NCBI GenBank assembly: GCA_024691475.1
Contig: JAILNP010000026.1
Location: 1,669-65,668, forward strand
Reading direction: 5' to 3'
DNA: 64,000 bases
From: Eggerthellaceae bacterium
GTDB taxonomy: Bacteria; Actinomycetota; Coriobacteriia; Coriobacteriales; Eggerthellaceae
The position numbers and the translations under genes were made by a program. Positions within the stretch are counted from its first letter, which is position 1; the number at the start of each line of letters is the position of its first letter. Below, in pieces: positions 60,041-64,000 of this stretch. Under the pieces are notes generated by a model. The model did no database searches. It was not told where the DNA came from and was given only the letters and a program-made list of their open reading frames with translations.

Positions 60041-61494
60041 CTGCTCGCGCGCTGTTCCGAAACGTCTTCCACTAGGTCGATGAGCGATTGCTTTCCGTCG
60101 ACGCCCAGCTTCCGGTAGATGTTGCGCACGTGCGTCTTTACGGTGCTCTGAGACAGCGTGAGCTTGTCTTGGATGTAGGGAACCGAACGACCGTAGGCCA
60201 GATACAGCATGACCTCGCTCTCGCGGGCGGAAAGCGAATGCTCTTCGGCGAGCGAACTGCAGGCGTCTTCCAGGCTATCGTGATGATCGGGTTCCTGCAC
60301 GTCGATGAGCTGCAGGGCTTCGATGGATGTGAACACGAACGACTGGGCGAATGCCAAAAGCAGGGCGCAGAAGGCGAACAGGATGATGGTTGCCGCTTGA
60401 ATGCCCTGTTCGGAGACTTGCACCGTATAGCCTGCGGCAAGGTAGCCTGCGAGCGCGGCGAGCCATTCCGTGGCGCATGCACGCGCAAGCACGTCGAGGG
60501 GCGATCTGCCCGAACGCGATACCAAATCGGCGTTCAGGTACCACAGGAACAAGTCGAGCAGCACGAACCCCAGCGTAGCGAATGCGCAGGCGAACGCGTA
60601 GTATTCCCTGGGTACGATGAGGGCGAGGACAGTGCCCGCCATGAGGGCGAAGGTTCCCGCTTGGCTGAACCGCTTGAGCATGTGCGTGGGCGTAACGCGC
60701 GCGGCAATCGTGAAGGCCAGAATGGAGGCCGCGAGCGCGCCGAGCATCATGCACGAGGCTCCTCCCGTTGCCTGGCCCGCGAAATCCCATGCATAGAGCG
60801 CTCCGAGCGCGGCGCCCCAGGCAAAGCTTACGCAAATCATGAAGATGAGCAGGCGCGTGGGGGCCTTTCCGCTGGTGGGGTCGACGCGGCGGAACGACGG
60901 TGGCCGTTGCTTCGCGTTTCTGGTGCCTGCCAGGATGATGGTTCCCATAAGGGGCAGGGCGCAGACGATGGTGCATGCCGCGAGCGGGTGCATTGCGCTG
61001 AACAGGAAGTACAGTATGCCGGCCATGAGTGCCCCGGCGGTAAGGTGAATCATGACGCGTTCCGACCGAATGCGTGACCAGACGATGTTGCCGGCAATCA
61101 TGATGAAGGCGTTCGACATGCCCGCCAGGCAGGCTGCGATGGCGATGATGGGGATGCTGGAATAGGCAATGGCCGCAACGAGCAATATTGTCGCAAGCGA
61201 TTCCATGCCGCCGGCGACGATGATGGCGTTCCGATTGCGCGCAATGGTTGCGAAGCGGGTGGAGCGAATAAAGAACATGCACGTATACGCGATGGCGAGG
61301 CCTGCCATGAAGAGGGGGCGCGACCATGCCGAAATGGTGGGCGAGGGCGACTCGCTGTAGATTACGGTGCCGAAAACGACGCAGAAGAGCCATGTGTAAT
61401 GCGTGCCGAAGCCCAAAACCTCCCAGGCTCGATTAGCGAAGGTACGGCTCTTTTCGCCTCCGCTATCGCACGCAAGCAATGCGCTTTCTTTCAT
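60034..61494 (-). CDS. multi-TM LuxR-family transmembrane regulator
   Basis: About 12 TM, then LSARESEVMLYLAYGRSVPYIQDKLTLSQSTVKTHVRNIYRKLGV. GGAGG RBS. Confidence 0.9.
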   Translation of the reverse strand: MKESALLACDSGGEKSRTFANRAWEVLGFGTHYTWLFCVVFGTVIYSESPSPTISAWSRPLFMAGLAIAYTCMFFIRSTRFATIARNRNAIIVAGGMESLATILLVAAIAYSSIPIIAIAACLAGMSNAFIMIAGNIVWSRIRSERVMIHLTAGALMAGILYFLFSAMHPLAACTIVCALPLMGTIILAGTRNAKQRPPSFRRVDPTSGKAPTRLLIFMICVSFAWGAALGALYAWDFAGQATGGASCMMLGALAASILAFTIAARVTPTHMLKRFSQAGTFALMAGTVLALIVPREYYAFACAFATLGFVLLDLFLWYLNADLVSRSGRSPLDVLARACATEWLAALAGYLAAGYTVQVSEQGIQAATIILFAFCALLLAFAQSFVFTSIEALQLIDVQEPDHHDSLEDACSSLAEEHSLSARESEVMLYLAYGRSVPYIQDKLTLSQSTVKTHVRNIYRKLGVDGKQSLIDLVEDVSEQRASRK

Positions 61495-61684
61495 TGTTCC
61501 TCCCACCCGAATTGTACGCGAATTGGTGAAAAGGGGCATGTCGCAAAGGTCGACCTTTTAGGGTGAAATACCCAATTTTCGGTTATTCGTACTGTCTGGT
61601 CGTGGAATGCGGTGCGCGGGGGAGGCCATGATAGGGGCGTCCGCCGGAAGGGGGCGGACAAGGGAAATTCAAGGAGGGATTTAC

Positions 61685-63316
61685 ATGGCATTGGAAATGA
61701 ATCGACGCGCCTTCCTATCGGGTGCTGCGCTTACGGGTGCGGCGGCCATGATGGGGATTGCGGGCTGCAGCCCCAAGGAGCAGGCGAGCACGACTGCTTC
61801 CTCTAGTGCGGATTCCGCGTCGGGTGAGAAGACGTATCTCGAGCAGAAGAATTACGACATTTCCGAAACGAAGGACTACGACGTTGTGGTCGTGGGCGCT
61901 GGCGGCGCTGGGATGTCGGCGGCCACGCGCGCAGCCGAACTGGGCTTGAACGTTGCCATCTTGGAGCAGCATTCCGCCACGGGTGGCACCACGATGTTCA
62001 CCGAGGGCCTGTTCGCCATCAACAGCCATATTCAGAAGGAAGCGGGCAAGAATCCGCCCGATCTGGGATATGACTTGTTTACACAGGCTATGGACTACCA
62101 TCATTGGTACGCCAACGGCACGTTGTTCCGCGCGTACATCGACGAGTCGGCTAACGACATCGACTGGATGGAAAGCGTGGGCATTAAGTTCAAGGGCGTC
62201 GGCACCATGTGCAACAACGAGTACAACACCTGGCATCAGTACGACTACCAGGAGGGCGAGCTTTCGGGCAAGCCCTATGTGGAGCAGTGGACGGCTGCCG
62301 TGAAGAACGCCGGCGCCGATCTGGTGCTGAATTCCGAAGCGGTGAACATCGTCGTGAAGGACGGCGCCGCATCGGGCATCATCGCCAAGGAAAGCGGCAA
62401 GTACGTGCAGTACAACGCCTCCAAGGGCGTCGTGCTGGCAACGGGCGGCTATTCCGATAGCCCCGAATTGCTCGAGGAATTCGGCAAGAACCCCAAGCGC
62501 ATCCAGCCCATGGGCGCGGGCGACCGCAACGGCTTCGGCATCAATGCGGCTCGTCAGGCGGGCGGCACCCTTGCTCCCTCTCCGGGCTGCCTGGTGTTCT
62601 ACGGTGGCTGCATCCCCGGTATCGATTACGGCACCCATCTGTACTGCGCTTCCGCGTTTCAGCCGTATTTCTGGATCAACCAGGATTGCGATCGCTTCGT
62701 GAACGAGTACTACGCTGAGCGCAACTTCAGCTTCTCGGGCAATGCCCAGAGCATGCAGGATCGCGTGATCTCCATTGTGACGCAGGCGCAGATGGACAAT
62801 ATGTACCAGAATGGCGGCACGTTTGGCTGCGGTGAGTACATCCATGCGGGCGAGCCTCTTACCGACCTGTGGAATGAATACGATGCTCAGGTCAAGGCGG
62901 GCAACGATGCCATTCACAAGTGCGAGACGCTCGATGACCTGGCTAAGGATCTTGGCCTTGATGCCGACAAGCTGAAGGCCTCCATCGAGAAGTACAACGG
63001 GTTCTGCGCCAAGGGCGTCGACGAGGACTTCGCGAAGGCTGCCGAGTACCTGTTCCCGCTTGAGTCGGGCCCGTATTACGCCTTCGAGCTGAACGTGGGC
63101 ATCTTCTCGACGGTGGGCGGCATGAAGATTAATTCTCATGCCCAGGTCCTCAACGAGGATTCCGAGCCCATTCCGCACCTGTATGCTGCGGGTTGCGACG
63201 CGGGTGGCATCTACGGCGACGCCTACGATGTTTCCATCTGCGAGGGCTCGTGCCAGGGCTTCGCGGTGTTCACGGGCAAGATGGCTGCCGAGCATATTGC
63301 GGGTAAGAGCGCGTAG
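61685..63316 (+). CDS. Tat-exported FAD-dependent oxidoreductase, substrate unknown
   Basis: NRRAFL Tat motif, AGC lipobox, VVVVGAGGAG, VVLATGGY, STVGGMKIN, LYAAGCDAGG. Confidence 0.9.
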   Translation: MALEMNRRAFLSGAALTGAAAMMGIAGCSPKEQASTTASSSADSASGEKTYLEQKNYDISETKDYDVVVVGAGGAGMSAATRAAELGLNVAILEQHSATGGTTMFTEGLFAINSHIQKEAGKNPPDLGYDLFTQAMDYHHWYANGTLFRAYIDESANDIDWMESVGIKFKGVGTMCNNEYNTWHQYDYQEGELSGKPYVEQWTAAVKNAGADLVLNSEAVNIVVKDGAASGIIAKESGKYVQYNASKGVVLATGGYSDSPELLEEFGKNPKRIQPMGAGDRNGFGINAARQAGGTLAPSPGCLVFYGGCIPGIDYGTHLYCASAFQPYFWINQDCDRFVNEYYAERNFSFSGNAQSMQDRVISIVTQAQMDNMYQNGGTFGCGEYIHAGEPLTDLWNEYDAQVKAGNDAIHKCETLDDLAKDLGLDADKLKASIEKYNGFCAKGVDEDFAKAAEYLFPLESGPYYAFELNVGIFSTVGGMKINSHAQVLNEDSEPIPHLYAAGCDAGGIYGDAYDVSICEGSCQGFAVFTGKMAAEHIAGKSA

Positions 63317-63379
63317 TAGCCAGGTAGGGCGAATGCCACTTCGGTAGTGTCCCTCCCACGCTGCCGTATGCGCATGAAA

Positions 63380-63413
63380 GATGGGCCGGACGGTTTCGAC
63401 CGCCCGGCCCATC
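63380..63413. terminator. hairpin between convergent genes
   Basis: GATGGGCCGG-ACGGT-TTCG-ACCG-CCCGGCCCATC. Confidence 0.65.
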
Positions 63414-63437
63414 GCCTTTTCCAGGTGGGGAAGAATG

Positions 63438-63833
63438 CTATTCCGCAGATGCGGGCTGCATGTTCTTCTTGAATTCGTCCCAGGTGGCAACCTTGGTTTT
63501 CTTGATGTCCTTCAGCGCGGCGTCCCAGCGCTTGGCGTTTTCCGCGGCGGGGAGCGTTGCCTTGAACGCGTGAGTCATGAGCGGCTTTTCGGGTTTGCGC
63601 AGGCCTGGGATGACTACGAGCAGGGGAATCATGGGATATTCCTTGCGGCTGCAGTATGCGCAAAGGACGAAGAGGTCTTCGTTGTTGGCGCGTTTCCAGC
63701 TTGCATCGCCAAGGAGCTTCGCGAGCTCGTTTTCCTCGATGACCATGTCGTGCGCGGCTTCGCCCTTGTGCTCGCGTGCCCAATCGATGAGTGTGTTTGC
63801 AATCAGTTTCTGGCGGTCTGTCAGTGTTTCCAT
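63438..63833 (-). CDS. hypothetical protein, 131 aa
   Basis: AAAGGGG RBS; NELAKLL...LFVLCAYC...YPMIPLLVV. Confidence 0.7.
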   Translation of the reverse strand: METLTDRQKLIANTLIDWAREHKGEAAHDMVIEENELAKLLGDASWKRANNEDLFVLCAYCSRKEYPMIPLLVVIPGLRKPEKPLMTHAFKATLPAAENAKRWDAALKDIKKTKVATWDEFKKNMQPASAE

Positions 63834-63950
63834 GAAAGCCCCTTTCGATTGATGCTCTCATCATAGCGCAACCATTGCTCAACGACGTATAGGTTATAGC
63901 AGGCATAGTGCTATAGTTGCCCTCGAAATTCGATTTAACAAGGAGGCATA

Positions 63951-64000
63951 ATGCTTCAACCTAACGATGAGTTGCACGGTTTTCGCGTTGAACGCGTTGA
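63951..64000 (+). CDS. 5' end of a gene, possibly an insulinase/M16 peptidase
   Basis: AAGGAGG RBS then MLQPNDELHGFRVERV; only 16 codons visible. Confidence 0.4.
   Translation, partial: MLQPNDELHGFRVERV

Overview
High-GC bacterial chromosome segment that looks like Coriobacteriia/Eggerthellaceae (inference: membrane-bound LuxR regulators paired with Tat flavoproteins, Sec-FDH, NrfA-like cytochrome). It carries housekeeping genes (hisS, aspS, htrA, pyrH-frr-uppS-cdsA-dxr, rseP-ispG-proS, U32 protein) and a complete selenocysteine system: selB-selA, a Sec-containing selD and tRNA-Sec. Between selA and selD lies a seven-gene cassette: double-cubane-type reductase, its ATPase activator, two DUF3343-like carriers, YedF, a Cys/Sec lyase and an NhaC-family transporter. 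There are two formate dehydrogenase-type systems, a cytoplasmic Cys-type SfrAB-like pair and a membrane FdnGHI. The FdnG alpha subunit is read through a UGA followed by a SECIS hairpin. About 18.8 kb of mostly respiratory genes separate dxr from rseP. Best novelty candidates: (1) the ATP-driven double-cubane reductase operon inside the selenium locus; (2) a kinase-less heme-c sensor-HAMP-OmpR wHTH fusion next to a divergent NrfA-like cytochrome; (3) an RseP that lacks PDZ but has a wHTH-like cytoplasmic insertion; (4) a GT4 glycosyltransferase inside the Sec-FDH operon; (5) a shared 6-5-6 operator-like motif upstream of three LuxR/flavoprotein pairs. No CRISPR, rRNA, transposase or integrase was seen. 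Family assignments come from motif recognition by eye, not database searches.
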